A DNA stretch of 64,000 bases from Planctomycetota bacterium (GCA_040755855.1 JBFMAD010000040.1:999-64998); one strand, 5' to 3'. Shown: positions 28,138 to 37,806, numbered from the stretch's first letter. Notes: generated by a model not told the origin, from the letters alone. A program made the numbers and translations.

Positions 28138-29010
28138 ATGGATGCGGGTGTGAGCTGCTATTGCTTCAACAAACTTCTGACCACCGGCGAGGCCACGCTG
28201 CACGGCGTGATCGAGTTCGTCGGCAAGAAAACCGAGTCGGAATACTTCGAGCCGCTGACGCGCTTCTTCGACCCGAACAAGGACGAAAACAAACAGGCCC
28301 GGCAGGCGCGGAAGATCCTCGACGACGTGGGCCTCAAGGTCTGTTGCTACACCCTCGACAGCAACTTCGGCACGCCCGACGACAAGGCGCGGCGCGAGTG
28401 CATCGAGCGGTGCATCCGCCGCATCGAGACGGCGCGGATTCTCGGCGCGCCGGCGATCCGGCTCGACCCATGCACGTCGCTGCCGAAGGATGTTGTCGAG
28501 AAGGGCAACCTGGACGATTTCCTCCCCCGCATCGCCGACGGCATGCGCGAGGTGGCCGACGCCGCGGCGAAGGCGGGTATGGATGTCGGCGCGGAGAACC
28601 ACGGCCGGCTCTTCGGCAGCTACCGGTACGTGGCCGAGATGATCCGCCTCGTGGATCGCCCGAATTTCGGCGTGAACATAGACTTCACGAACTTCCGGGT
28701 CGTCTTCGGCGAGGACCACGTGGAGAACACACGCAAGCTGGCCCGGCACGTGAAACATGCCCACCAGAAGGACTACCACATCCGCAAGGACAAGCCGGGC
28801 GAGGACTGGCGCGAGCTTTGCCCCGGCGAGTTCATCAGGCCGTGCGTGGTCGGCGAGGGGGACGGCAAGGTGAAGGAGTGCGCGCAGATCCTCCACGATG
28901 TCGGCTACAAAGGCGTCGTCGCCATCGAGACGCCGGGATCGGACGACATCTACGAAGGCGTCGCCCGCGGCGTGGCAAACCTCCGCCGGATCATCGCGGA
29001 GTGCGAGTGA
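28138..29010 (+). CDS. Sugar phosphate isomerase/epimerase (xylose-isomerase-like TIM barrel)
   Basis: AAAAGGAGAGG SD before the ATG at 28138; the track ORF starts at 28072. GAPAIRLD, AENHG and VAIETPG blocks. Confidence 0.8.
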   Translation: MDAGVSCYCFNKLLTTGEATLHGVIEFVGKKTESEYFEPLTRFFDPNKDENKQARQARKILDDVGLKVCCYTLDSNFGTPDDKARRECIERCIRRIETARILGAPAIRLDPCTSLPKDVVEKGNLDDFLPRIADGMREVADAAAKAGMDVGAENHGRLFGSYRYVAEMIRLVDRPNFGVNIDFTNFRVVFGEDHVENTRKLARHVKHAHQKDYHIRKDKPGEDWRELCPGEFIRPCVVGEGDGKVKECAQILHDVGYKGVVAIETPGSDDIYEGVARGVANLRRIIAECE

Positions 29011-29094
29011 GGCAAGACAGTCGGTGGAGAGAGCCAAGGGGCGGAGGAAACAGTCACGCACGCACAAGAACAGAAAACCGAAGACCTGCCCCCC

Positions 29095-30234
29095 GTGCGA
29101 CCTAGAAGGCGTTGTCGGCTGATTGCTGTGTTCTTGGTGGCTGTAGCAGTGGTCACACTGGCCGTCCCGGTGTTCTGGTACATGTGGATGTACACCTGGC
29201 CGAGCCGCTCATACCGCGCGGTTCGCAAGAGAGTGCTCCGGGCCTCAAAGCAGGCGGGATTCGATCCGGTACTGATTGAGTTCAATGAGCTGATTCGGTT
29301 GGGAAAGCATTTTCCCTGGAGGAAGAAACACCCAACCCATTACGTGTTGGTCACCTCCACTCCTTCTGAGGAAATGGTGGCGGGGCTCGATCTCGATGAC
29401 AAAGGTAACTTGTACGTCTCGATGGGGACCAATGTCTTCCGTGTTGAACGCTCAGGGCAAATCCGCCCGCTCATTGCTGATGCCTTTCTGCCCTATACCG
29501 GGGACTGGCGAAGCAAGATGGAGGACCCAAGGAGAATATGCACGGTAGACCATTTCGCGGTGACTCAAGACGGCTCCGTTCTCTGGATCGTTAGTTACAA
29601 GTCTTCTCTCTACACGGTCAAGAACGGCGAGCCACGATTCATGGCGGGAAGTAGGATGGAATTTGACACAACGCAACCGGGCCAAGGTACGGAAGCCCGA
29701 ATGGCCTACATTCTCAACATCGTAACTGCAACAAACGAGAAAGCCGTTGTCGCCTGTGATGGTGCTTTATGCGAATGCGACACGAAGGGAAATGTCACGA
29801 TCATAGCCAAGGATGATCGATATCAGCATCGAGACGTTTCGGCCAACGATAGGGAGCTTCGAGGATCTATCGTGGCCCCCCACCCGGACAGGGGGTACTG
29901 GATTGTTGAGAGGGGGTGGGGGGGATGCCTGAGTCTGTTATGCGACGGGAAGATGTCCACGATCATAAGTGGTTCGCACATGACTGAGAAAACACCCGAG
30001 GAAGCCTGGCTCCTTCCAGGACGAGGCTTCAACGGCCCACTCTTGGTGATTCTCGGTCCGGATAGGATCCTTTACGTGGCTGAAAACGAATCGATCGTTA
30101 CGGTCAGCCCTTTGGGGAAGATGAACGTTCTCATGGGATCACGTGAGCGATGGCGAGATCGTGGTTGGCCCATAAATGGCTTAGCAGTTGACAGAGACGG
30201 GAATCTATTCACCGCTCATCAGGATGTCTACTGA
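29095..30234 (+). CDS. Membrane-anchored hypothetical protein, beta-propeller (NHL/SMP-30-like) guess
   Basis: GTG start and an N-terminal TM helix LIAVFLVAVAVVTLAVPVFWYMWMY. Repeated blocks such as DDKGNLYVSMG, DGSVLWIV and DRDGNLFTA. The DNA is visibly AT-richer than the flanks. Confidence 0.65.
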   Translation: MRPRRRCRLIAVFLVAVAVVTLAVPVFWYMWMYTWPSRSYRAVRKRVLRASKQAGFDPVLIEFNELIRLGKHFPWRKKHPTHYVLVTSTPSEEMVAGLDLDDKGNLYVSMGTNVFRVERSGQIRPLIADAFLPYTGDWRSKMEDPRRICTVDHFAVTQDGSVLWIVSYKSSLYTVKNGEPRFMAGSRMEFDTTQPGQGTEARMAYILNIVTATNEKAVVACDGALCECDTKGNVTIIAKDDRYQHRDVSANDRELRGSIVAPHPDRGYWIVERGWGGCLSLLCDGKMSTIISGSHMTEKTPEEAWLLPGRGFNGPLLVILGPDRILYVAENESIVTVSPLGKMNVLMGSRERWRDRGWPINGLAVDRDGNLFTAHQDVY

Positions 30235-30315
30235 TTGCTGAAAGTATGAGCCGGTCGAAGTACTCCGGGGCATGGGGGAGCCGGCTTTCTGCTTCGCGTT
30301 CTTCAGCGCTGATGG

Positions 30316-30388
30316 GTGGCACGGCTTGCTTGTCAAGCCGTACACGTTGCCCCACTGCACCCACGGGCTGCAAGCAGCCCGTGCCACC
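30316..30388. terminator. Pair of inverted GC-rich hairpins between convergent genes
   Basis: acggcttg/caagccgt pair at 30321-28 and 30334-41. cacgggctgc/gcagcccgtg pair at 30362-71 and 30374-83. The outer ggtggcacgg (30316-25) pairs with ccgtgccacc (30379-88). Confidence 0.5.
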
Positions 30389-30423
30389 CGCCTGTTCTTG
30401 CAGACACAATAGCCGCCAGCGTG

Positions 30424-31407
30424 TCACAGCTTCACGATCTTCCCCGCGTCCGCCGCATCGCGGGCCTTGAGGGTGACCTCGGTCATCCGGTAGCAATCCG
30501 CCGCCGAGATCAGGTGCTCCTTCTCGCCCTTGATCGAGGCGACGAAGTCAAGGAACAGGTCCTGCTCCGGCGGCATCTCGGGCTTGGTCGTGCCGCCGCT
30601 TTCGGTGATAAGCGTCACTTCATTGTGCATGACCTCGACGACGCCTTTGTTCCCCGCCAGGCGCAGGCGGTCGTCGCCGTGGGTGTCGGCGGCGGCGGGG
30701 CGGCAGTAGTCAATGCGCATCGTGGCGGACCCGCCGTTATCGAGCTTAAGGAGGACGCTCGCCTGGTCCTCCATCTCACGGATGTCGGGGTGGCCTGTGT
30801 TGCCGTGGTAGGCCATGCACTCGACGAACTCGCGCCCGCTCGTCCATCGGATGAGGTCCATGCCGTGGATGCCGACGAAGGGGATCGTGCCGCCGAAGCT
30901 CATGCGGCAGCGCATCCACTCCGGTCGGTTGCCGAGCTTGTAGGACTTCTGCGCGGTGACGAGGCAGACCTCGCCGATTGCGCCGCTCTCGACGATCCGC
31001 TTCGCGCAGAGATACGGCGGCGTGAAGCGCATGGTCAGGAGCATGGTCAGGTGGACGCCGGCCTTTGCGACGGCCTTGCGGGTCTCATCGAGATCGGCCA
31101 GCGTGGTGGTCAGGGGCTTCTCGCTGCAGATGTGCAGGCCAAGTTCCGCGCCGGCCTGGATCTGCGCGGCGTGTTGCACGTTCGTGGAGCAGACGGCCAG
31201 GATGTCGAGCTTCTCCTTATCGAGGAGCTCCTCCCAGTTGGCGTAGAAGCGTGTCTCGGCGTCCGCCGCCTTGTTCCTGCGCATGGCGTCGAGGGCGTCT
31301 TTGCGCTCGCTGGCGACGGCGGCGAGGCGGAGCTCGTCGCTCTTGACGATGCCGTTGAGGACTGCGCCCTGGTGTCCGTCCAGACCGATCAGGCCGACGT
31401 TCATCAT
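30424..31407 (-). CDS. Gfo/Idh/MocA family oxidoreductase
   Basis: MMNVGLIGLDGHQG... is an N-terminal Rossmann motif, and EKPL is a family motif. The upstream part of track ORF 30424..31536 lacks coding character. Confidence 0.85.
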   Translation of the reverse strand: MMNVGLIGLDGHQGAVLNGIVKSDELRLAAVASERKDALDAMRRNKAADAETRFYANWEELLDKEKLDILAVCSTNVQHAAQIQAGAELGLHICSEKPLTTTLADLDETRKAVAKAGVHLTMLLTMRFTPPYLCAKRIVESGAIGEVCLVTAQKSYKLGNRPEWMRCRMSFGGTIPFVGIHGMDLIRWTSGREFVECMAYHGNTGHPDIREMEDQASVLLKLDNGGSATMRIDYCRPAAADTHGDDRLRLAGNKGVVEVMHNEVTLITESGGTTKPEMPPEQDLFLDFVASIKGEKEHLISAADCYRMTEVTLKARDAADAGKIVKL

Positions 31408-31524
31408 CTTTTTTCCTTTTGCGAATGAAGGTTGTGAATCCACGATTGAGGGGCTGTCGCCCAAGTACGGTCTTGTAGGGGGGGGCCTGTGTGCCCGCCC
31501 CTTGCACGCAAGATTTACCGCCGC

Positions 31525-31550
31525 AGGGGCGGCCACATGGGGCCGCCCCT
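31525..31550 (-). terminator. GC-rich hairpin downstream of the TPR/PD40 gene
   Basis: aggggcggcc (31525-34), a 6-nt loop, then ggccgcccct (31541-50): a perfect 10-bp stem. A weaker similar hairpin lies just before it. No clear U-tract. Confidence 0.4.
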
Positions 31551-31628
31551 ACCCGACTCCCGTTCGGCAACACTCCCTTGAAGCATTGTATCAGGTTCGA
31601 AGCGCCGTGTCCCCCCGACAGGGACCCC

Positions 31629-34600
31629 TTACGGCCCCTGTTTGCTTTCTCCTTTGAGGTACTTCGCCTCGGCCTCTTTAACGCGCCTCTGCAGCCCCGG
31701 CAGGAGGTCGTAGAGCCTTCCCTGTTCCTCCTCCTTGAGCTGCACCGCCGCCTTGACGAAGTCGCCCGGCAGCTTGTTGTAGAGGTATTTCATGGCATCG
31801 GGGTTCATCCGAGGAAGGATGCGGGCGAGGAGTTTGCCCGTGGCCACGTCCGGCGCATCACGATAAGTCTCGATAAAGGCCGCGTATTCCAGTTCCGCCT
31901 CGGCCCAGTTGCCCATCTCTTCGTGGCACTGCGCCATGCTCTGCAGCGCCCGACCGCGCTGGACCCAGGGGTCGCCCGGGCGCTCGCGGACAAGGTCCTT
32001 GACTTCGTTAATGGCCTCCTGGTACTTCTTTTCGTCCATGAGGTAGGAGGCGTTCAGCCGCTTCGCCATGGCCCATTCCTCGCCCCCCTTGAACTTGTCG
32101 AACAACACCTGGATATGCTTTCGCGCCGTGGGGACGTCTTTCAGCACCTCGCCGTAGATCGTAGCCAGCCAGAGCTCGTAGAAGGCCCGGTGGCCGGCCT
32201 GCCTCGGCGCCTCGATGAGGTCCTCGATGAACCGGGCGAAGAGCCACCAGTTCGCACGCTTGGAATACTCCTCGGAGAGGGCGTAAAACGCCTCCTCGAA
32301 GGTGTCGCAGTCCGGATACTGGGTCGCCGCCTTCTCCAGGTATCTTTCCCGAATGGGGTGGGGCGCGAGCATGGCGGCGCGGAAGTAGGCGTCGCCCGCC
32401 AGGTTAAAGCCGGGGAAGTCGCGGATGAAGTCCTCGTACTTTGCCCGAAGCGCCTCCTCGGACAGTCCCTTGCCCAGGAGCCTCTCGCTTCCGTTCCAGA
32501 TGCCCTTGCCGGCCTCGCGTTCCGCGTCCAGCCATCGCTGCAGCACATGCTTCTTGTCAGGGAGCAACGCCATGCAGCCATCCAGAACACGAAGGAAGTC
32601 CTCGTCCTTTGCGGCCTCATACATCTTCCGATAGTGGACCATGGCCTGCTTAATGTCTTGCTTCGTCTGACAGACATTCCCGATCATATAGTGTCCCAGG
32701 GCGTTCAGGATGGCGATCTGTCCCTCGGAGAGGCCCCCGCCTGGCTTGAGCGAGGAAAGCGTCTTCTCGATTTCCGACGGGTCGCGCGCGGCGACCATCC
32801 TCAGACTTGCCGCCTCGAATCCCCCGGCGCCGCCTTGTCGGGTTTCGGCGATTCGGGCAAAGATTTTAAGGCGCTCCTCAGCCCAGGACGGCAGGCGGCC
32901 CAGTTCGCACCGCACCAGCACCTGGCGCGGGATATAATCCCGCATCCGAATCCATTCCTCAATCTGCCCGCCGAAGTCCACGGACGTGTTCCCCTCGCGG
33001 TGCGCCCATTCGATGAGCGCCGTGCCGCCCTCGTGCAGGCCGCTGCGGTCGAAGGCGTCAACCAGCCGCGGAATGGCGCTCTCCCGTTCCGCAGGTGACG
33101 TCCAGGCGCGTTGCAGCAGATCGCGGGCGGCGCTCTGCGCGGCGTCCGGTCGCTTGAGCCTGGCATGGAGTTCGATGATCTTTGAAGCCAACTCCGCCTG
33201 CTTCTGCAGGCGCTCCGCCTGGCGTTTCTTCAGAAGCGGCGACTCGGGGTCCACCGGAGGCAGGCTTCCCACGGCGAGGCGGTAATAGGGAATCGCGCCT
33301 GCGGCGTCGCCGGTCTTTTCCCGCAGTTGGGCGATTGTCGTCAGCGCCTCAAGGCGGTTGTCCGGATCGGGCGACTCTCGTAGCCGTGCGAACTCCGCAA
33401 CGGCGTCTGTTGTGCGTCCCATCTGTTGCAGAATGCGGCCCCGCGCCAGGATGGCATCTTCCTTGCGCGAGGAGGACGGAAATCGTTCGATCGCGCGCGC
33501 GAAGGCATTCAATGCCTTCTCAGGTTCCTTCGGTTCCTTTTCATAAAGTCCGCCCAGGTCATAGGCCGCCGTTTCGGTTATGGCCGAGTCCCGGGCCTGG
33601 GAGAGAAAATTCTCGAACTCCGAGGCGGCAGCGGCGTATTTGTCCCGCCACACTGCGAGCTCGCCCCTGCAATAGGCTTTCACCACGTCGGCCTTGTTCT
33701 CCTTCATCAACTGCAAGAGGTCCTGCGCCTCGGCGTCCTTTGCCGACGCCTTTTCGAATTCGCTCCGGGCGCGTTCGAGGTCCTCATAGCAGATCAGATA
33801 CACGATCCCCCGGCCTGTCGGGTTGGTCGTCAGCGCCTCGCGCAGGGCCAGAATTTTCTCATAGCGCCCCAGATGCGCATAGGCCCGCGTCGCCAGGTCC
33901 ATCGCCTCGGCGCTGTCGGCGCCGGGGGGATACTCACGCAGCCCTTCCTCCAGCACACGCGCGCACTCCTCCCAGCACCCGACGCGGGCGGCGTATCTCC
34001 CCGCCTCCAGGCTATCGCTCATGCTCTGCGTAAGCCACCCGCGCCTGCCCGTCTTCGCATTGACAAGGGCCACCAACGGCCGGCCCGACTCGCCGACGGC
34101 CGAATAGGCCACCAGCTCGCCCGTCGGAGACCATCGCGGCAGTCGGTCATTGCCTGCGCTCGGCGCCAGCGGGCTGACGGCGCCGAACAGTTCGAGCGAC
34201 CGAATCTGAACCCGCCCCCCCGCCAAAAAAAGGATCCTCTTTCCATCCGGCGACCACCGGCAGTCCGTGATCGGCCCCTCCGCCGCCGTGGCGACGACCT
34301 GCACTGTCCGCCGACCGAAGACCCCGCCCATGTCCACCACCCGCAGTTCGTTCCCCCATGCGAAGCAGACGCGCTCCCCCGACGGGTCAATGGCGCACTT
34401 GCCCAGTTGCGTGGACCGCGGGACGATCTCCACAGGCCCCCCGCGGCCCACGTCGAGGAACATGACGCTCGCCGCGCCTTCCGTATCAACCCCTGCGAAG
34501 GCCAGGCAATCGCCGGTGCGCGACAGGGTCACATCCGTCTCCTCGAGCGCATCGTCCGTGAGTTGCCTCGCCTTGCCGGTGACAATGTCGAACTCCCACA

Positions 34601-35042
34601 GGTCCGGCTGGCGGGAGCGCCAGGAGAGGAAGAATATCTTTTTTCCCGACGGGTGCCAGTGGGGCCGGCAATCCTTGGCGGGGTGATGGGTCACCCGGAC
34701 CGATTGCCCCTTCCGGACGTCGAGCACCCAGATGTCCCAGCCCCCCGCCTTCGCGCTGGTGTAGGCAATGGCCCCGCTGTCGGGCGACCAGGACAGATGG
34801 TTCTCCGCCAGCGCCAGGTCGTCGAACCGTCTCAGGGGGATGGTCCCGTCCGGGGCGCCGATGTAGAGAATGTCCGCGTAAATGGAGGCCAGCATCCGCC
34901 CGTCGGGGGACCACTCCAGGATGGACAGCCCCTCGGGAGCGATCTCCTCGCACCCGCAGACAAGGAGCAAGACAAGAATTGCCAACGGGCCGATGACGGC
35001 CCAATGTCCGCGATTTCTGTAGCCGTAGGTATGCGCTTGCAT
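31629..35042 (-). CDS. Lipoprotein-like PD40/TolB-type beta-propeller plus TPR-repeat protein
   Basis: Start MQAHTYGYRNRGHWAVIGPLAILVLLLVCGC (lipobox-like). PD40-like repeats (WSPDGRMLA, WSPDSGAIAYTS, WHPSGKKIFF, WSPDGKRILF, WSPTGELVAYS) are followed by about 700 aa of TPR-like helices. The ATG shares one nucleotide with the nth TGA. Confidence 0.8.
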   Translation of the reverse strand: MQAHTYGYRNRGHWAVIGPLAILVLLLVCGCEEIAPEGLSILEWSPDGRMLASIYADILYIGAPDGTIPLRRFDDLALAENHLSWSPDSGAIAYTSAKAGGWDIWVLDVRKGQSVRVTHHPAKDCRPHWHPSGKKIFFLSWRSRQPDLWEFDIVTGKARQLTDDALEETDVTLSRTGDCLAFAGVDTEGAASVMFLDVGRGGPVEIVPRSTQLGKCAIDPSGERVCFAWGNELRVVDMGGVFGRRTVQVVATAAEGPITDCRWSPDGKRILFLAGGRVQIRSLELFGAVSPLAPSAGNDRLPRWSPTGELVAYSAVGESGRPLVALVNAKTGRRGWLTQSMSDSLEAGRYAARVGCWEECARVLEEGLREYPPGADSAEAMDLATRAYAHLGRYEKILALREALTTNPTGRGIVYLICYEDLERARSEFEKASAKDAEAQDLLQLMKENKADVVKAYCRGELAVWRDKYAAAASEFENFLSQARDSAITETAAYDLGGLYEKEPKEPEKALNAFARAIERFPSSSRKEDAILARGRILQQMGRTTDAVAEFARLRESPDPDNRLEALTTIAQLREKTGDAAGAIPYYRLAVGSLPPVDPESPLLKKRQAERLQKQAELASKIIELHARLKRPDAAQSAARDLLQRAWTSPAERESAIPRLVDAFDRSGLHEGGTALIEWAHREGNTSVDFGGQIEEWIRMRDYIPRQVLVRCELGRLPSWAEERLKIFARIAETRQGGAGGFEAASLRMVAARDPSEIEKTLSSLKPGGGLSEGQIAILNALGHYMIGNVCQTKQDIKQAMVHYRKMYEAAKDEDFLRVLDGCMALLPDKKHVLQRWLDAEREAGKGIWNGSERLLGKGLSEEALRAKYEDFIRDFPGFNLAGDAYFRAAMLAPHPIRERYLEKAATQYPDCDTFEEAFYALSEEYSKRANWWLFARFIEDLIEAPRQAGHRAFYELWLATIYGEVLKDVPTARKHIQVLFDKFKGGEEWAMAKRLNASYLMDEKKYQEAINEVKDLVRERPGDPWVQRGRALQSMAQCHEEMGNWAEAELEYAAFIETYRDAPDVATGKLLARILPRMNPDAMKYLYNKLPGDFVKAAVQLKEEEQGRLYDLLPGLQRRVKEAEAKYLKGESKQGP

Positions 35043-35740
35043 CACTTTTTCGCCTTGTGCTTTTCCCTCGATCTTACCGTATCCCGATAGAACTTGCAAC
35101 ACCGTCGCAGGGCGCATCGCCCGCAGGCAGGCCGCCCGGCATAGCATGTGACCCGCCCGTGGTGGATCAGGAGCACATGAAACGAATACGTTAGGTCCTC
35201 CGGCACAACCTCCCCCAGCACTATGTGCGCCTCCTCGGCGGATTTCCTTCGGTCAATCAGGCCCAATCGCTTGGAAATCCGCAGGACGTGCGTATCCACC
35301 GGGAAGACCGGCATCCCGCAGGAAAAGAGCAGGACACACGCCGCCGTCTTCGGGCCGACGCCGGGCAGGCGGCGAAGATAGGCCGTCGCCTCGGCGGGGG
35401 ACATCCTGCGGAGAAAGGCCAGCGAGTACCTCCCGCGCTCCGCGTGGATGCGGCGGAGGATCGCCTTGATCCGCGGCGCTTTTATGTTCGACAGCCCGGA
35501 GACCTTGATCGCCGATGCGATCGCCGCCGTTGGCGCAGCGGCAGCCTGCTCCCATCGCGGAAAGCGCCTCTTGAGGCGGCGATAGCCCTCCCACGAGTTC
35601 GCCGCGTTTGTGTTTTGGGAAAGGATCGTCTCGATCAGCGAATCCAGTGGGGGAAAGGGCGCACAAGGCTCGGCGCGACCATAGGCCCTCTCAAGAAGCG
35701 TGTTTAGTCGGCGGATTCGTTGGGAGGTTAGCTTGCTCAT
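35042..35740 (-). CDS. nth: Endonuclease III family DNA glycosylase (HhH-GPD with a 4Fe-4S cluster loop)
   Basis: HhH LPGVGPKTAACVLLF, then VDTHVLRISKRLGL, and the C-terminal cluster C-x6-C-x2-C-x5-C (CYAGRPACGRCALRRCC). Confidence 0.9.
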   Translation of the reverse strand: MSKLTSQRIRRLNTLLERAYGRAEPCAPFPPLDSLIETILSQNTNAANSWEGYRRLKRRFPRWEQAAAAPTAAIASAIKVSGLSNIKAPRIKAILRRIHAERGRYSLAFLRRMSPAEATAYLRRLPGVGPKTAACVLLFSCGMPVFPVDTHVLRISKRLGLIDRRKSAEEAHIVLGEVVPEDLTYSFHVLLIHHGRVTCYAGRPACGRCALRRCCKFYRDTVRSREKHKAKK

Positions 35741-36630
35741 GCACCTTGCGGCCCGCCGAGTTTCCCCCGCAAATACTCCTCCACCGCCTTGCCGACCTTC
35801 TCATCGGCGAGGGCGAAGTCTATGAAAGTCTTGAAATAGCTCTCGAAGTTGCCGATGTCATAGCGGCGCTCCCCCTCGGAGAGGCGGACGCCATACACCC
35901 GGCGTCCATCCTGGATGAGGATTCGCATCGCGTCGGTGATCTGGATCTCGTCCAACTTCCCCGGCTTCGTCCGGCGGATGGCGTCGAAGATCATCGGTGA
36001 AAAGACATACCGCGCGGCGATGGCCAAGTTGCTCGGCGCCTCGTCCACCGACGGCTTTTCAATCAGGTCGCGGATCGGGAACTCGTCGCCGTCCTCCGCC
36101 GGGTCGGCGATGCCGTAGAAGGACACCTGGTCGCGCGGCACCTCCTCGAAGGCGATCACGCAGGCCGCGTCATGCTCCCTGAAGCACTTGACCATCCGCT
36201 CGACGACCGTCGCGCCGCCGTGGTTTCGGATGATCGAATCGCCCAGCCCCACCACGAAGGGTTCGTTGCCGGCGAAGCTCTCCGCGTGGGCGATGGCGTC
36301 GCCCAGGCCCCGCGGCTCGCTCTGGCGGGTGTAGAAGAACTGGACGTCGGTCTCCTCATACAGCAGTTCCCCCAGCCGTTCCAACTTCCCCGCCGCCTCC
36401 AGGCTCCGAATCAGCTCTAAATCGCGGTCGAAGTGGTTCTCGATGGAGTGCTTGCCGCGCCCGGTGACGAACAGGATGCGGCTGAGGCCCGCCGCCTCGA
36501 ACTCCTCGACCACATACTGCACCACGGGCTTCCGACCGACAGGCAGCATCTCCTTCGGCTGCGATTTCGTGGACGGCAGCAGCCCCGTGCCCAGACCGGC
36601 GACGGGGATCACGGCGTTGCGGATTTGCAT
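35737..36630 (-). CDS. galU: UTP--glucose-1-phosphate uridylyltransferase
   Basis: MQIRNAVIPVAGLGTGLLPSTKSQPKEMLPV plus the VGLGD block. ATG at 36630; the track ORF extends to 36714. Its TGA overlaps the nth ATG (ATGA). Confidence 0.88.
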   Translation of the reverse strand: MQIRNAVIPVAGLGTGLLPSTKSQPKEMLPVGRKPVVQYVVEEFEAAGLSRILFVTGRGKHSIENHFDRDLELIRSLEAAGKLERLGELLYEETDVQFFYTRQSEPRGLGDAIAHAESFAGNEPFVVGLGDSIIRNHGGATVVERMVKCFREHDAACVIAFEEVPRDQVSFYGIADPAEDGDEFPIRDLIEKPSVDEAPSNLAIAARYVFSPMIFDAIRRTKPGKLDEIQITDAMRILIQDGRRVYGVRLSEGERRYDIGNFESYFKTFIDFALADEKVGKAVEEYLRGKLGGPQGA

Positions 36631-36893
36631 AAACGTCTTTCCCGGAAGATAATAGAACCTTACTCCGTAAGATGATGCCATCTTGTCCCGCCGGGGGCGG
36701 GATTTCCAGGGCAAAATTCACATTGATGTGTCCAATGTGAATTTTGCCCTTGGGTCGCGGTCATCGCCCGCGTTAGGATTCGGTCAGACCATGGCTTTAT
36801 GGGTGCATCCTTATACCACACACCGCCCTCTGGTTCAAGCGAAAAGCCGTTGATCTTGCGCGGATGATCTGATAGATTCTGTGTAACCGTGTT

Positions 36894-36976
36894 GTCATTC
36901 CCGCGAAAGCGGGAATCCAGTCCCGCGTCCGCGCGGGATTCGACCACTCGTGGATTCCCGCATACGCGGGAATGAC
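36894..36976. repeat. Three tandem REP-like hairpins, ATTCCCGC-N4-GCGGGAAT type
   Basis: gtcATTCCCGCgaaaGCGGGAATcc (36894-36918), TCCCGCGtccgCGCGGGA (36921-36938) and ggATTCCCGCatacGCGGGAATgac (36952-36976). A fourth copy, ggATTCCCGCttgcGCGGGAATgac, lies at 41230-41254. Confidence 0.85.
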
Positions 36977-36990
36977 GCGAGGCAAGGCCC

Positions 36991-37623
36991 ATGAGCAATC
37001 TGTCCCAATCCCGGCTCTACGTCCTGGTCACAAGCGCCGCCGCGAAGCGCCCCGCGCTCGAGGCCGCGGACCTGGCGATCCAGGGCGGGGCCGACGCCAT
37101 CCAGCTCCGCGAGAAGGACCTCTCCGATCCCGAGTTCCTCGACCTCGCCCGGCAGATGCGCGACCTGTGCCGCAAGGCGGGCGCGCTGTTCATCGTGAAC
37201 GACCGCATCTCCATCGCCAAACTCGCCGGGGCCGACGGCGCGCACATCGGCCAGGACGACCTGCCCGCCGTGGATGCGAGGAAAATCCTCCGCAAGGGCA
37301 AGCTCCTCGGCGTGTCCACGCACAACATCGCCCAGGCCCGGCAGGCCCAGGCCGCCGGGGCCGACTACATCGGCGTCGGGCCGATCTACCCCACCAAGAC
37401 GAAGGGGTATGAAAAGGGCGTGGGCGTGGATTTCATCCGGCAGGTGAAGGGCGAGATTGCAGTTCCGTTCTTCGCTATCGGCGGCGTCACGCTCGACCGG
37501 CTCGACGAGGTCATTGCCGCCGGCTGCACCCGCGTGGCCGTCAGCTCCGCCGTCATCGGAGCGGACGACATCGCCGCCGCCGCGCGGCGGTTCAAGGACA
37601 AACTCGCCGCGGCGAAGGCATGA
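36991..37623 (+). CDS. thiE: Thiamine-phosphate synthase
   Basis: GGADAIQLREKD, FIVNDRISIA, GAHIGQDD, GVSTH, DYIGVGPIYPTKTK and FAIGGV blocks. Confidence 0.92.
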   Translation: MSNLSQSRLYVLVTSAAAKRPALEAADLAIQGGADAIQLREKDLSDPEFLDLARQMRDLCRKAGALFIVNDRISIAKLAGADGAHIGQDDLPAVDARKILRKGKLLGVSTHNIAQARQAQAAGADYIGVGPIYPTKTKGYEKGVGVDFIRQVKGEIAVPFFAIGGVTLDRLDEVIAAGCTRVAVSSAVIGADDIAAAARRFKDKLAAAKA

Positions 37624-37806
37624 CGGCGCGTGCGACGCCTCCCTCCGAAACAGAACTCCCCCTATGGGCCAAGGGAGGAGTTATGCATAATGTCACCGGA
37701 AGTCCTCGAGGGCCGACCGAGAACCTGCAATAGAGGAACCCCCTACGGCACTTTGCCCTTGCTCTGACGGTTATGGGTGTCCGCGGGGCAGCCGAAATGA
37801 GTAGTA

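Noticed and set aside
31491-35090. Plus-strand ORFs 31491..33098 and 33426..35090
   Set aside because: They are antisense to the PD40/TPR gene, whose repeats are clearly recognisable.
36894-36976. Possible CRISPR array (regularly spaced palindromic units)
   Set aside because: There are only three units, contiguous with no spacers, the middle one has a different sequence, and no cas genes are present. They are better explained as REP-type elements.
36720-36990. Possible TPP riboswitch upstream of thiE
   Set aside because: I looked for the conserved CUGAGA and ACCUGAUCUGGAUAAUGCCAGCG-like elements and did not find them. The region is instead occupied by REP-like hairpins.
36660-36998. ORFs 36660..36998 and 36797..36985 (…IPAFAGMT…)
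   Set aside because: These are translations of the REP-like hairpins. They lie in a divergent intergenic region and there is no evidence of coding.
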